64,000 nucleotides of DNA from Octopus vulgaris (Eukaryota): contig OX597822.1 of assembly GCA_951406725.2 (NCBI GenBank), positions 35,898,001 to 35,962,000 of the forward strand, in the 5' to 3' direction. This document shows, piece after piece, positions 13,057 through 26,352 of this stretch (positions are counted from its first letter, which is position 1; every line of letters begins with the position of its first letter). A model generated the notes under the pieces. It had not been told where the DNA came from. It did no database searches and was given only the letters and a program-made list of their open reading frames with translations. The position numbers and the translations under genes were made by a program.

Positions 13057-13193
13057 CAGAATTGTCAGAGGGTTGGGAACAATGAAAGAAAGTACCTATC
13101 AAATCCTGAGGTCCATGCAATCATCTAACGACCCTCACCCCCTCAAAATTACTCGTCTTGTGCGTAAATTTAAAAAAATAAGTTGCTCTTTGA

Positions 13194-13648
13194 GAGACGC
13201 AGGTATGGCTGTGTGGTAAGAAGTTTACTTCCTAACCCCATGATTCCGGGTTCAGTCTCACTGCGGGGCACCTTGGCAGGTGACTTCTACTATAGCCTCA
13301 AACCGACCAAAGCCTTACATAAGCCTGCCGTGTGTGTGTGTATGTATATATATAAGTGTGAGTAACTAAGAGGAAAAAAACCACTAAGTGACTTTCTTGC
13401 TTGCTGAAAGATGTCATATGAGTATGTTTTTGTGTCTGTATTTGTACCCCACCATCGCTTGACAACTGGTATTGGTGTGTTTACATCCCTGTAACTTAGC
13501 AGTTCAGCAAAAGATAGCGATAGAATAAGTACTATGCTTTGAAAGAATAAATAAGTAATAAGTGTCAATTCATTTGATAAAAAATTCTTTAAGGCAGTGC
13601 CTAAGCATGGCCACAATCTAATGACAGAAACAAGTAAACGATAAAAAG
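13194..13648 (+). mobile_element. SINE family A (older subfamily)
   Basis: Head cgcaggtatggctgtgtggtaagaag through tail gaaacaagtaaa. Confidence 0.85.
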
Positions 13649-13759
13649 ATTTGAGATTAACAAATTGTGTAGCATAGAACCTGATGGAGTCTCAGATGGA
13701 CTTGTATCAAAAGGTTTTACTCTTGATTTCGTCCATCCCCACACTCTCTTATGTTCCAT

Positions 13760-14219
13760 ACTCTCTTTTACTTGTTTCAGTCATTTGACTGTGGCCATGC
13801 TGGAGCACTGCCTTTAGTCGAGCAAATCGACCCAAGGACTTATTCTTTGGAAGCGTAGTACTTATTATATCGAAGCACTGCCTTTAGTTGAGCAAATCAA
13901 CCCTAGGACTTAGTCTTTGTAAGCCTAGTACTTATTCAATCGGTCTCTTTTGCCGAACCGCTAAGTTACGGGGACGTAAGCACACCGCCATCGGTTGTCA
14001 AGCGATGTTGAGGGGACAAACATATACACACACATACATATATATATTCATATATACGACGGGCTTCTTTCAGTTTCCGTCTACCAAATCCACTCACAAG
14101 GCTTTGGTTGACCCGAGGCTACAGTAGAAGACACTTGCCCAAGGTGCCACGCAGTGGGAATGAACCCGGAACCATGTGGTTCACAAGCAAGCTACTTACC
14201 ACACAGTCACACTTGCGCC
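13760..14219 (-). mobile_element. SINE family A with internal 70-bp tandem duplication
   Basis: agcactgcctttagt..agtacttatt occurs at 13804 and 13874. Confidence 0.9.
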
Positions 14220-15139
14220 TTTTTCATATTATTTTTATGATTTTATGAAGTACATTTAATTGATATTCCATTTTAACTTCTTATAATGGCCCCATGTAAT
14301 TCAACTCTTTCAGTAATAGTGTTGAATAGTTTATAAAGGATTGTTGAACTTCAAAAGTAGACTAGTATTTCTTTTTCACTTCTCTAGTTTGTTTTTTTTG
14401 TTTTGTTTTGTTTTCTTATTTGCCAGGTCTAGGCATGACTCTTTGGTTAAAAAGTGTGCTTCCCAACCACAGAGTTTCAAGTTCAGTACAACTGTGTGGC
14501 AACTTGAGCAAACGTCTTCTACTATAATACCAGGCTAACCAAAGCCTTGTGAATAGATTTAGTAGAGGGTGGGGGAACATAAAGAAGCATATTGTGTACA
14601 TACACACACATAGATATATATAAACACGTGGCTGTGTGGTAAGAAGCTTGCTTCCCAACGAAATGCTTCACCTTGCTTGGAAAGTTGAGGATTGATTACA
14701 TGAAGGACATCTGGCTGTAGAAAATCTGCCTCAGTAAACTCTGTCTGACCCAGGCAAGCATTCGAAAAAGTAGACATTAAAATTATGATCTCACATACAC
14801 ACACTCACAGTTGTCCATTCTTCAGTTTCCATTGATTAATTCCAGTCACAAAGCATTAGTAGAAGACACTTGCCTAAGGTGCCTCACAGAAGGCTTGAAC
14901 CTGACATGGCTGTAAAGAGCACTTCTTAACCACACCCCTATACCCTCAACCACATGTGGATCATTTTTTTCCCCTCCATCTTCTGTCTCCTGTTTCTGAA
15001 GAAGAGCTTTGCTCAAAATGTAAAACTACCTTTCTTTCCTTCCCTGAGCGTCTGTTTATTCTTCGCATGTACTACATCCTCGCATTTTGTTTTTTCTTGT
15101 GTTTTTTCTTCGTTTTTTGGGGGGGCTGGGATTCATTAT

Positions 15140-15490
15140 ATATGCCAGGCTGCCAAATCAAGATTGGAGCCTGGTGCAACCACCTGGTTCGCCAGCCCTC
15201 AGTCAAAATCGTCCAACCCATGCTAGCATGGAAAGCGGATGTTAAACGATGATAATGATGATGATCATCATCATCATTTAACATCTGTTTTCCATGCTTG
15301 CATGGATTAGACAGTTTGACATGAGCTGTTGAGCCAAAGAGCTGCATCAAGCTCCAATCATCAGTTTTGACACAGTTTCTATGGTTGGATGCCCTTCCTA
15401 ATGCCAACCACTATACAGAATGTACTGGCTGCTTTTTATATAGCACCAGCACTAATGGTTTTCACACGACACCAGCACAGGTGCTTTTTA
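15140..15490. mobile_element. Two tail-to-tail fragments of SINE/RTE-tail family C
   Basis: ...ccatgctagcatggaaagcggatgttaaacgatgat(+) abuts catcatcatttaacatctgttttccatgc..ggatgcccttcctaatgccaacc(-). Confidence 0.8.
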
Positions 15491-15535
15491 GAGTGCATAA
15501 TGAATTATATATATTTATTTATGTGTGTGTATGTG

Positions 15536-15578
<43 letters not shown>

Positions 15579-16823
15579 CCTCTGCACTTTCTTATTATAA
15601 TATTAATAGTACACAACACATCATAGTAGACTTCTTTGTTCTTCTCAGAACCGACCAGATGGAGCCAATACATTATGACACTGTTGAGTTGTTTGTCTCT
15701 CTCTTTCTCTAAGAATGTGTTTGCTTGAACCCCGCCTCTTCCCCTGACTCTCTGCCACTACTCTCTACCATCATTGATATCACTACTACCACCACCCTAA
15801 CCTCTTGGCATGTATGCACAAATCCAGTCAGATGACTGCCATGTCATCATTATTATTATTATTATTATTAGGTACTATTGTAATATATGTTCTATCAAAT
15901 TTCATGGATTGCTAAACCTTTAAAAATATATATATTTTTTTTGTTTCATCAATTTAAATATTCTTTACCTCCCCTTATTCCTCCTTCTCCTCTTCCTCTG
16001 TCACCTCCTCCTTCTTCCCTGTCATCTTCTTCTTCACCTTTGTCAGTAATAATATTCATTCATAATTAATGACCTTTTTTTTTTTCCCTCACAAGTGATA
16101 TCTGTGCCAGTTGAAAACAGCAGTTGTCTGCAAAACTTAGATGTAACCCAGTATAATGATGCTGTTGATTGTGTGCGTGTGTGTGTGTAGTATCATATAG
16201 ACAGATGTCTGTCCTCTCCTTTTATTATATTTTGTTTTCCCAATGAATTCTCTTTGTATCCAGTTGTTTACGTAAACTTCAATTCTGTTTTCATTCGTTA
16301 TGTTTACTCCGAATACAATAACCAGCTCAATTATTCATACATACATACGCATACATCTATCGAATGAGACAATTAATAGTTCTTAATTTCTACAGACCAC
16401 CAATTCATAGGTCTCAAGTCCAAAAGCCCCCCCCGTTGTGAAATGTTACATTGTGCATTTCTGGGTTAATATATACATGACAATTGTGTGTTCTTCAGTT
16501 CATGTAGAACAGCAATGACAGTCCTGTTTGGTTTTGCTGACCAGGTTGAAGCATAAACTAGATTTTTTGAACCAAATAATGTCAATTGTTCCAAAAAAAC
16601 CTTATTCATAATGTAGGCCAAGGTAAATCAATAATGGGGTCAATATACATTACATAACAAAGTTATTAACAGGTGTGATTGAGAAGTTTGTTTTTACAAC
16701 TACATGATTTTTGGTTCAGTCCCACTGCATAGCATCTTTGTCAAGTGTCTTATATTTTAGCCCCAGGCTGACCAAAGCCTTGTGAGTAGATGATTTGGCA
16801 GAGAGAAACAGAAAGAAGCCCAT

Positions 16824-16872
<49 letters not shown>

Positions 16873-17308
16873 TTGGCACCTCTAACTTGAAAGTTAGGAA
16901 CAGATGCAAGAAAAGTTGAGCTGCTTCAACCAGGAGTAAAATTATGTTTCATCAAGCAAAGTGCTATATTTATGTTTCTCAAGGCTCTTAGAGATATTTT
17001 AATTTGTATAACACTTTTGATACCAACTCACCTCTGTCTACTTCTAGTTCTATAATACATAAACAACCATCTAACATCATTTTTTATCTAAGAATTTTTC
17101 AAAGTTATAGACCCGAAATTGCGAAGATGATCTGGTTCTTGACTGAGGATAGAAAGCTTCGAATGACCTGTCCTCGTTTTTTTTGTATCGTCTATCTGGA
17201 TGTTTTGCTGTCCCTTTTTGTATCACCTAGTTGTCCAGATGTTTTGCGTTCTTGTCCCATTTTGTATTTTATATATATATATATATATAAACACATATAT
17301 ACATATAT

Positions 17309-17355
<47 letters not shown>

Positions 17356-17358
<3 letters not shown>

Positions 17359-17552
17359 GGTGTCCATAAATTACCTTTACAAATTGGAAAATTTATGAGA
17401 AAGTGAAAAATAAGGATAGCTCAGCAGAGTTTATTGGAAAACATAGACAAACATTATTAGAAACTTCAGAACTCTTCCAGTGGGCTCCATTGGTTGCATG
17501 CTGTCAATAGATACAATAAACTGTGTTGTACAGATAGTTTATAGACACCCTG
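17356..17552. mobile_element. Tc1/mariner-type MITE
   Basis: TIRs (t)agggtgtccataaatta / tagtttatagacaccctg with TA on the right flank. Confidence 0.7.
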
Positions 17553-18214
17553 TATATCTGTCAATAAGGCATGCAAACCAACAAAGGATACTTGCATGCA
17601 GTCACTTGCTAGAAATAGCAGGACAAAGCTCCCTTAAATCATAACTCATCAACTCAATAAAAGGAAAGACATTAGCTAATGTAGAGGGGATGGCACAGTC
17701 TGTGAATGCTTCGAGGGAAGATGGCATGAAAGTCAATGCACCAAAACCAGAGGAACAAATATGAATAAATAATTAATGCTACAAGAAGTGGTTGAATCAG
17801 TCTGTAATGTCATCCTTCCTGCTAACCAGATAATTATAGTATGGCAAATAGATGTATGTTAGTGAACTCCATACTGTCTTTGTGCAGTTGACACCTAACA
17901 CACAGACGAGGGGTAGGACGAAAGGCAAAAATATCAATGTTCCAGTCCAAGTCCATTGAATTCTTTTCTACATCTGTGAAACTTGATCTTTGTGGACTGG
18001 AGATCCCAATGAAGATATTGTATCCCACAAATGACACACCTTTGGTCATAGATCTTATCAATCAGGGCTGACATGGAGCTAAACAGAAAAAGAAAAGAAA
18101 ATTAAATTCGTGAAGTAAAATCATGTAGCAATACGAAATGGCGGTGCCCCAGCATGGCCACAGCTCGTGAGCTGAAACTAGATGAAATAAATTTTTAAAA
18201 ATATGAAATAAAGG

Positions 18215-18590
18215 TGTATTTGTGTGGTAATAAGCTTCCTTACCAACCACATGGTTCTGGGTTCAGTTCCACTCTAACATCTTGGGCTGTTGTCTTCTAC
18301 TTATATCCTTAGGCTGACTAAAGCCTTGTGAGTGGATTTAGCAGACAGAAACTGAAAGAAGCCCATTGTGTGTGTGTGTGTATGTGTGTCTCCCACTACT
18401 GCATGACAACTGGTGTTGGTGTATTTATATCCCCATAACTTAGCAGTTGAGCAAAAGAGACCAATAAAATAAGTACCAGACTTTAAAATATAAAAAAAGT
18501 ACTGGGGTCAATTCAGTCAGCTAAAACTGCTTCAAGGCAGTGCCCCAGCATGGCCTCATTTATTTTTTACTGAAACAAGTAAAAAATAAA
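18215..18590 (+). mobile_element. SINE family A (older subfamily, CpG-decayed)
   Basis: Matches family A head, body and tail with TpG/CpA substitutions. Confidence 0.85.
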
Positions 18591-18789
18591 TGATCGGTTT
18601 AGTTCTATTACTAAATCCTTCAAAAATCAAATGAATTCTCAGACAGTAGGTTTTCAAATGTTTACAAAGGGGATAAATTGGTTCTTTTCAAAATGTCTTA
18701 TTTGGTGACCTTGTGTCAACTGCTCAAAAGTTATAGTGACCACCACCTCCCATCACATATGAAAATAAAAGATTCATTTTTTGCAATGG

Positions 18790-19150
18790 TACCAGACCCG
18801 ATTACTTTGTATTCCTCTTGGCACCACCCTCATCACTCGACCTCTCTAGCCCATCTTGAATCCTGTGTATAGTAGACTACAATGGACCAGTTGTACCCAG
18901 TTCACTCGTATCTTCACCCTCCCTTTCTGCTCTGCCTGCCATCATACTCTTGCTCCATTTATCCCTCGCACCCTGGAGCTCTACCATCATTCTATCTTCT
19001 GAATAACATTGCAGTCTCCTTGGTCACATTGCCTCAATCATATCTACCTATTTCAGAATACTGAGTACCCCTATCACTCATCTCTCTTATCACTATCATT
19101 CATGCTTCCATCTTTATTGTCTCACACTCAGTGAAGCAGTTGGTCAGCAA
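18790..19150 (-). pseudogene. Highly decayed RTE-type LINE 3' fragment
   Basis: The minus strand reads ..RMMVELQGARDKW.., resembling the RTE ORF C-terminal (ME..G.R.RGRP..W) region; frames are disrupted. Confidence 0.3.
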
Positions 19151-19514
19151 ACAGAGACATAGGGTCATGTGGTCCCTTTAGTGTTGTTGTGAACATGTTT
19201 ACCTTTCTAGTACTGGTTCTGAAGTCATCTTTCCCTTTCATTTCAGCACTGGGGTCAATGTAATCAATTAAACCCCTTCTCCAAAATTTCAAGCCTTATG
19301 CCTATTGTAGAAAGGGTTATTTTCATTGGCAAGATCGTGGGCATGCCAAGAAAAATGCTTAGTGGCATTTCGTCCCTTTTTACATTCTGAGCAAATTCCG
19401 CCAAAGTCAACTTTACCTTTTATCCTTCCAGGGTTGATAAAAAATGTACCAGTTTTGTACCCCCACTCCATCAAACTTGCTGGCATTGTGGCAAAATTTG
19501 AAGCCATTATTATT

Positions 19515-19872
19515 ACTACCTCTGCCTTAGCAAAGGTGGAGGTGTTGTTTTCAGTCATGTTTGTTTTTCCATGGACAAGATATCTCAAGAACTACTGGAT
19601 GGATTCGGATGAAACATTCAAGAATGTTTGGCTTCCTGACTGGCACAAACTGATTAAATTTTGGAATCAATCCTGTACCAGACAAGGATTCTGGATTATT
19701 TTTCCTGTTGTTTTACTTAATTTTTGAAAGCCGTCTGGTTCATTTTCAGTATTCTCGTTTATGAAAGCATTCGAGTTTATTTCAGATATTCTCATTTTAA
19801 AAATCGTCTCTGACTAATTGTTGAGAGGACGTTGGTGTTGCCTTGGAGGTTCGCGCTCTCTGAGTGCTCTTG
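19515..19872 (+). mobile_element. Non-autonomous Helentron-type (DINE-1/HINE-like) element
   Basis: 5' tacctctgcc.. and 3' ccttggaggt-tcgcgctctctgagtgctcttg (subterminal IR plus small hairpin); colinear with 35280-35644. Confidence 0.65.
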
Positions 19873-19874
19873 AT

Positions 19875-20165
19875 ATTATTTTCATATAAAGAAAAGAATC
19901 CTAACATTGGGCTACAACAAGTAGCCTTAGATGCCAAGAACCCTCCTAAGTATTCTAGCTGTCCCCAATAACACTGTTTTCTGGGGCTGTACTAAACTGG
20001 GTTTTATGCCTATTTCCTCCATCCACCTGTTCAGATCCTTAGGAATAGTTCCCAATGCACCTATAACTACTAGGATACATTCTACCCACACTTCCCATAG
20101 TCTCTGTAATTTAGTAGCTAGGTCCTGGTACTTTGCTATTTTCTCTGTGCCTCTCATATTAATTT
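19875..20165 (-). pseudogene. R4/Dong-type non-LTR retrotransposon 3' fragment (REL endonuclease C-terminus)
   Basis: ORF 19927-20178(-): EKIAKYQDL..LQRLW..VVIGALGTIP..L..QKTVLLGTARILRRVL, typical of R4-clade C-termini. Confidence 0.82.
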
Positions 20166-20174
20166 TATTATTAT

Positions 20175-20476
20175 TCATTGTTTAACGTCTGCTATCCATG
20201 CTAGCATGGGTTGGACGATTTGACTGAGGTCTGGTGAACCAGATGGCTGCACCAGACTCCAATCTTGATCTGGCAGAGTTTCTACAGCTGGATGCTCTTC
20301 CTAACACCAACCACTCTGAGAGTGTAGTGGGTGCTTTTACATGCCACCGGCACAGAGGCCAGTCAGGCAGTACTGGCAACAACCTCGCTCGAATCTTTTT
20401 ACACATGTCACCAGCACAGGTGCCAGTAAGGCGATGCTGGTAACGATCACGCTCGAATGGTGCCTTTCCTGTGCCA
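20175..20476 (-). mobile_element. SINE family C
   Basis: tttaacgtc..ccatgctagcatgggttggacg..tctacagctggatgc..gtagtgggtgcttttac. Confidence 0.85.
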
Positions 20477-20989
20477 TTATTGTTATTGTTATTATTACAA
20501 CAAAGATTTGCACTTGTTCATGGCAATGGACTTTGAAAGAAGATGAAATAGAATGGTGGTATTATTCCCATATATAAAAGATAGTCATTTTAAAATTTTT
20601 TCTCTCATTTCAAACTTCTAATAGGATCAGATTTCTGTATGGTTAAAAAAAAAAAAAAAGACTGTTCGTACCACAACTAACACATACTCGTTGGGTAAAT
20701 GTTAAAACTGTTTATTATTTATTCATTGGTCACACGTCATCAAGCAGACTTATGATTGAAAGCATTCCACTCATGACCATCCCATCTTTTCCTCATGTGC
20801 AAGGAACATAAGACGATTATATTTATGTGCTTTTTTTTAAATACAAATAATGGTAGTGTGGGAATTAAGTAAAATTTGGTTATTATGTCTATCTCAAATT
20901 CAGACATTCTTTTGTTGGCTTCAGGAAAACCTGTGCATAAGGTAGGTGTATATCCAGGATATATTGCTAATATATATAGTCTACATTTT

Positions 20990-21002
20990 GTGTGTATGTC
21001 TG

Positions 21003-21045
<43 letters not shown>

Positions 21046-21142
21046 ATGTGTGTGTGTGTGTGTTTATATATATAAATACATACATATATATATATATATA
21101 ATATATATATATTATAGTGTGTGTGTGTGTGTGTGTATATAT

Positions 21143-21178
<36 letters not shown>

Positions 21179-21300
21179 ATGTATATAATATATATATATT
21201 ATAGTGTGTGTGTGTATATATACATACATACATATATATTATAATGTATATAATATATATATATTATAGTATGTTTGTGTGTATGTGTGTATATATGTAT
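20990..21300. repeat. Compound (TA)n/(TG)n microsatellite with higher-order repeats
   Basis: Recurrent atatattatagtgtgtg units. Confidence 0.9.
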
Positions 21301-21440
21301 GCATTCACATTTAGTGGTTTATTTACAAACATACATAGTACATTGGCATTTTAAATATTTGGCTGTGAACAAAAATACATTTGTTCAAATTTACTTTTGT
21401 TATGGTGTTCAGCATGCTATTATTATTATTATCATTATCA

Positions 21441-22244
<804 letters not shown>

Positions 22245-22252
22245 ATTATTGA

Positions 22253-22470
22253 AAGCAGTGAGCTGTAAGAAATGGTAACATGCCAGGTACAATACTTAGC
22301 AAAATTTCATCGATCTTTACTTTCTGAGTTCAAATTTCCACTGAGCTCAACTTTACCTTTCATCCTTTCGGGGTCGATAAATTAATTACCTGTCAAACAC
22401 AGAGAGGTTGATGTTTTCAACTTGTCTTCTCCTCCCAAAATTTCAGGCCTTGTGTCTATAGTAGAAAAGA
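22253..22470 (+). mobile_element. SINE family B (central cctttcatcctttcggggtcgataa domain, Deu/Nin-like) with (ATT)n tail
   Basis: gagttcaaatt..ctttcatcctttcggggtcgataaatt..ggccttgtgtctatagtagaaaag followed by ATT repeats. Confidence 0.8.
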
Positions 22471-22656
22471 TTATTATTATTATTATTATTATCATCATTA
22501 TTATTATTATTATTATTATTATCATTATTATTATCTTTATTATTATTATCATCATTATTATTATTATCATCATTGTCATTATTATTATTATTGTCATTAT
22601 TATTATTATCATCGTTATTATCATTACCATCATTATTATTATTATTATTATTATTC
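22470..22656. repeat. (ATT/ATC)n trinucleotide microsatellite
   Basis: Direct reading. Confidence 0.95.
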
Positions 22657-23047
22657 AGTAGTCTTATTTTCATTACATGCTTTCATTGTACTGCCGAGCA
22701 CAGCTCTGTGTGCCTTGGGTATGTGCTGTGCTTTGTCAGGTTTCTTTTATTTTCATTGTATTGAAAGTGCTTTACGTAGGATGTGTTCAGTGCCTAGTAG
22801 TACTATTTCCTGTACGTTATGTGCATTCATAAGTACTGATGTTTTGGTTATGTATTTATCTGAATGTTTTTTAACACCTAATGCATCTATTATTAAAGGG
22901 ATTGTTTTTAGGCTCCACATTCGAGTTGCTTCTATTTCCAGATGTTTGTATTTTGGGATTTTCTCCATTTCTTTTAGAGATACATTGTCATCTGTTGGTA
23001 TTGATACATCGATTAGAAGGCATTTTTTTCTTTTTTGGTGGTCTCTG
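22657..23047 (-). pseudogene. R4/Dong-type LINE 3' fragment embedded in an ATT array
   Basis: Minus strand ..IDVSIPTDDNVSLKEMEKIPKYKHLEIEATRMW..PLIIDALG..QEIVLLGTEHILRKAL; (ATT)n on both flanks. Confidence 0.82.
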
Positions 23048-23173
23048 ATTATTATTATTATTATTAGATATCATACAGTATACAATATCGTGAGGTTGTT
23101 GATTGAAGATATTGTGTCTACCGGCAGTTTGTACTATTTGTCAAATCACAAGGACCTCAGGCAGACATTATTA

Positions 23174-23208
<35 letters not shown>

Positions 23209-24150
23209 GTTAAGCTGATGAATGAGTAGAATCTTTAAGTGTCAGTGTGGCTATATAGCAAAATGTTTGCTTCCCAACCACATGGTTTGGGGTTCAATTC
23301 CACTGTATGGCATACTTTCCACTACAGTCCTAGGCCAACTGAAGCCTTGTGAATAGATTTGGTAGATGGAAACTGAAAGAAGCCCATGTGTATGTATGTT
23401 TATATGTACATGGGTGTTAGTGTCTCCTTGCTTTGACATGTGTGATATAGTTATATATGGGTATCACCATCTTACAGCAGCGTCTTTCGATACCAATCTT
23501 CCATGTAAACATGGAGAAATATTACCTTATACCTTACATGGAAACAAGTAAGAGTTGGTGACTGGAAGGACATCCAGCCATAGAAAATCTGCCTCAACAA
23601 ATCCCATCTGACCCATGCAAACTTGGAAAAGTGCACTTCAATATGATAATGATGATGATCGGTTGTTGGGGAAAATGCCTTTTGGCCTTTGTTTGGCTCT
23701 TTACATTGTACATTCACATTTGCCTAAACTTCCAGTGATCAGAGATATCTATCAACGAGTGAGAAGCCCTCTAGGGGTCGAGCGGGGAAACATTCAATCA
23801 TATCAACCTCGATTCTTGACTGGCACCTTATTTTATCAACCCCTGGAATCGATTTCGGTGGGATTTGGACTGGGAATGTAAAGGGTCATAATGAAATACT
23901 GTTTGATGCCTCTAGCAATTCAGCCAATCCATGTCTATATCATTATCATCTTCATCATCCAACATCTGTTTTCCATGCTGGCATGAGTTGGATGGTTAGA
24001 CAGGAGGTGGCAAGCTGGATAGCTGCCCAGGTTCCAATTGTCTGTTTTGGCATGGTTTCTGCTGCTGGGTGCCCTTCCTAATACCAACCACTTTACAGTG
24101 TCTGCAGAGTACTTTTTACATAGCACTGACACAGGTGTGTTTTATGCGGC

Positions 24151-24189
<39 letters not shown>

Positions 24190-24194
24190 TGCAC

Positions 24195-24570
24195 GTCATC
24201 ATCCTCATTGTTTAACATCTCGTTTTCCATGCTGGTTTGACTGAGGACTGGCTAGCCAGTCCTCAGTCAAACCAGGCTCCAATCTGATCTGGCAAGGTTT
24301 CTACAGCTGGGTGCCCTTCCTAATGCCCGCCACTCCAAGAGCGTAGGGGGTGCTTTTTACATGCCACTGGCATGGGAGCCCGTCAGGCGGCACTAGCATC
24401 AACCACATTCGGATGGTGCTTTTTTACGTGCCACCGGCATCAATCACATTTGGATGGCGTCTTTATATTCCACTGGCACAGAGAATCAGTCAGGTGGCAT
24501 TGGCATCAGCTACGACTACGATTTCACTTGACTCAACAGGTCTTCCCAAGCACAGTGTGTCATCTGGCGA
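24195..24570 (-). mobile_element. SINE family C copy carrying a 44-bp perfect palindrome (24232-24275)
   Basis: Family C sequence; ctggtttgactgaggactggct|agccagtcctcagtcaaaccag is self-complementary. Confidence 0.85.
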
Positions 24571-25685
24571 TTCAAGGGTAATATATATATATATATGTAA
24601 ACATGCAAGTAGATAAATACCAAGGTTGTCACTACATGGATATTCAACCTGCTCAAAATAACCACGACTATTTCCTTCAAATCGCATTCTGTCATCAAAA
24701 ATTAAAGAGGTCACATTGGGAAACATAGTTCTGGTTACAACTGTCAGAAAAATACACACACATCATCATCATCATCATTTAAAGTCCATTTTTCTGTGCT
24801 TGCATGGGTCAGACGAATTTTGTTGAGATATATTTATTTTCTATGGCCTGATGTCCTTCCTATTGCCAACCCTCACATGTTTCCAAGCAAGGTGATATAT
24901 CTCCCCATATCTCAACATGTTTTCACAGAAGACTGGAAATAAACAGCATCACTTGTATGATGATCATGCTGATTTACACACACACACACATGGTGGCTTC
25001 TTTCAGTTTCCCAGTCCACTTGAAGTTTTGATCAGCCTGGGGCTATATAGTTGAAAACACTTGTCCAAGGTGCCTGGCAGTGTGGGACTGAACCCGAAAA
25101 CCGGGTGGTTTGTTAGCCAACTTTTCAACCACACAGCCATGCGTGCACCTAGCCACACCTGTGCCTCACACACAAATAAGTAAAAAAAAAAAAAAACCGG
25201 ACCAGATGGTCACAGCTTGATTGTCTTTTGATCATAAGTTTGCTTGATCAGAGCTGACTTCAACAATAACACATCATTCAAAAATTGTATATATATATAT
25301 ATGTATATTTGGGATTTCCATCTAAGACACACTTCAGTAATATTTCCATCTATTTCATATTTCCAACACTATTTATAAACTGAGTACAGTCACTTAGTCA
25401 ATCAAAACATCTGCCATTTATTTTGTAAGATGATTACTCAAGATTACCTTATGCTGTTCATCACAGCTTGAAATTGATTCAAAACCTCCAGTTTGTCATC
25501 ACAGATTAGCTGGATCGTTAGAGCATCGGATAAGGATGCTTCATAGTATTTGTTCTAACTTTTTGTGTTCCAGGTTCAAATCTGTCAAATTTACTTTTCA
25601 TCCTTTCAGGATCAATAAAGAAAAAGTACCAGTCGAGAGCAGTGATGGCTTGACAAAACTATAACAATACTAGACTGACCAGATG

Positions 25686-25723
<38 letters not shown>

Positions 25724-25778
25724 CATACATACACTATACACACACACACACACACTCACACGCACACATCTATATACA

Positions 25779-26344
25779 TTGGGTTGTTCGGAAAGTTTGT
25801 GCCGATTTATAGTAGCTTACCTTTCGACATATTTTAGAACATGGCTGAGTCCATAAAATAGGATTTGACTACACCTCCATTTAGAGCACAGTTTAAGCTA
25901 TCTTTGCGTGGAAGAAGGTTTATGTTCCTATAACCTGTGTTAATTTTGTAACCCTTTAAAATGGAAGATAAGTAAGTTCATTTTCGGCACTTGATGCTTT
26001 GGGAACCAGACAACAATTGCTGCAGCTCGGCTGGGATGTGTTACCCCACTCTCCATATTCACCAGATATTGCTCCTTTGGGTTTCCACTTATTCAGGTCT
26101 CTGCAGAATAGTCTTAATGGTAAAAATTTCAATTCCTTGGATGACGTAAAAAGATACCTTGATGAATTCGTTGCCATGAAACCACCTCAATTCTGGGAAG
26201 AGGATATTTTCAAGTTAAAGGAAAGATGGAGATGCATTGTGCAACAAAATGGTTCATATTTGGTTGATTAAAAATGTAATGGCAAGTATTTATTGACCTT
26301 TTTCTTTCCTTTAAAAATTGGCACAAACTTTGCGGACAACCCAA
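25779..26344 (+). mobile_element. Internally deleted mariner element with transposase remnants
   Basis: TIRs ttgggttgttcggaaagtttgtgccg / ggcacaaactttgcggacaacccaa+TA; N-terminus MEDK*VHFRHLML at 25961 is fused to the C-terminus TRQQLLQLGWDVLPHSPYSPDIAP..HLF..KLKERW (YSPDLAP motif). Confidence 0.92.
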
Positions 26345-26352
26345 TAATATGT

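Noticed and set aside
7579-14127. Recurrent ORFs such as MSSDVGGT..RRASFSFR..PKVPRSGTEPGTMW
   Set aside because: Reading frames through family A SINE copies.
16096-16190. Possible exon after a pyrimidine tract (VISVPVENSSCLQNLD..)
   Set aside because: Weak AAG acceptor and no convincing donor.
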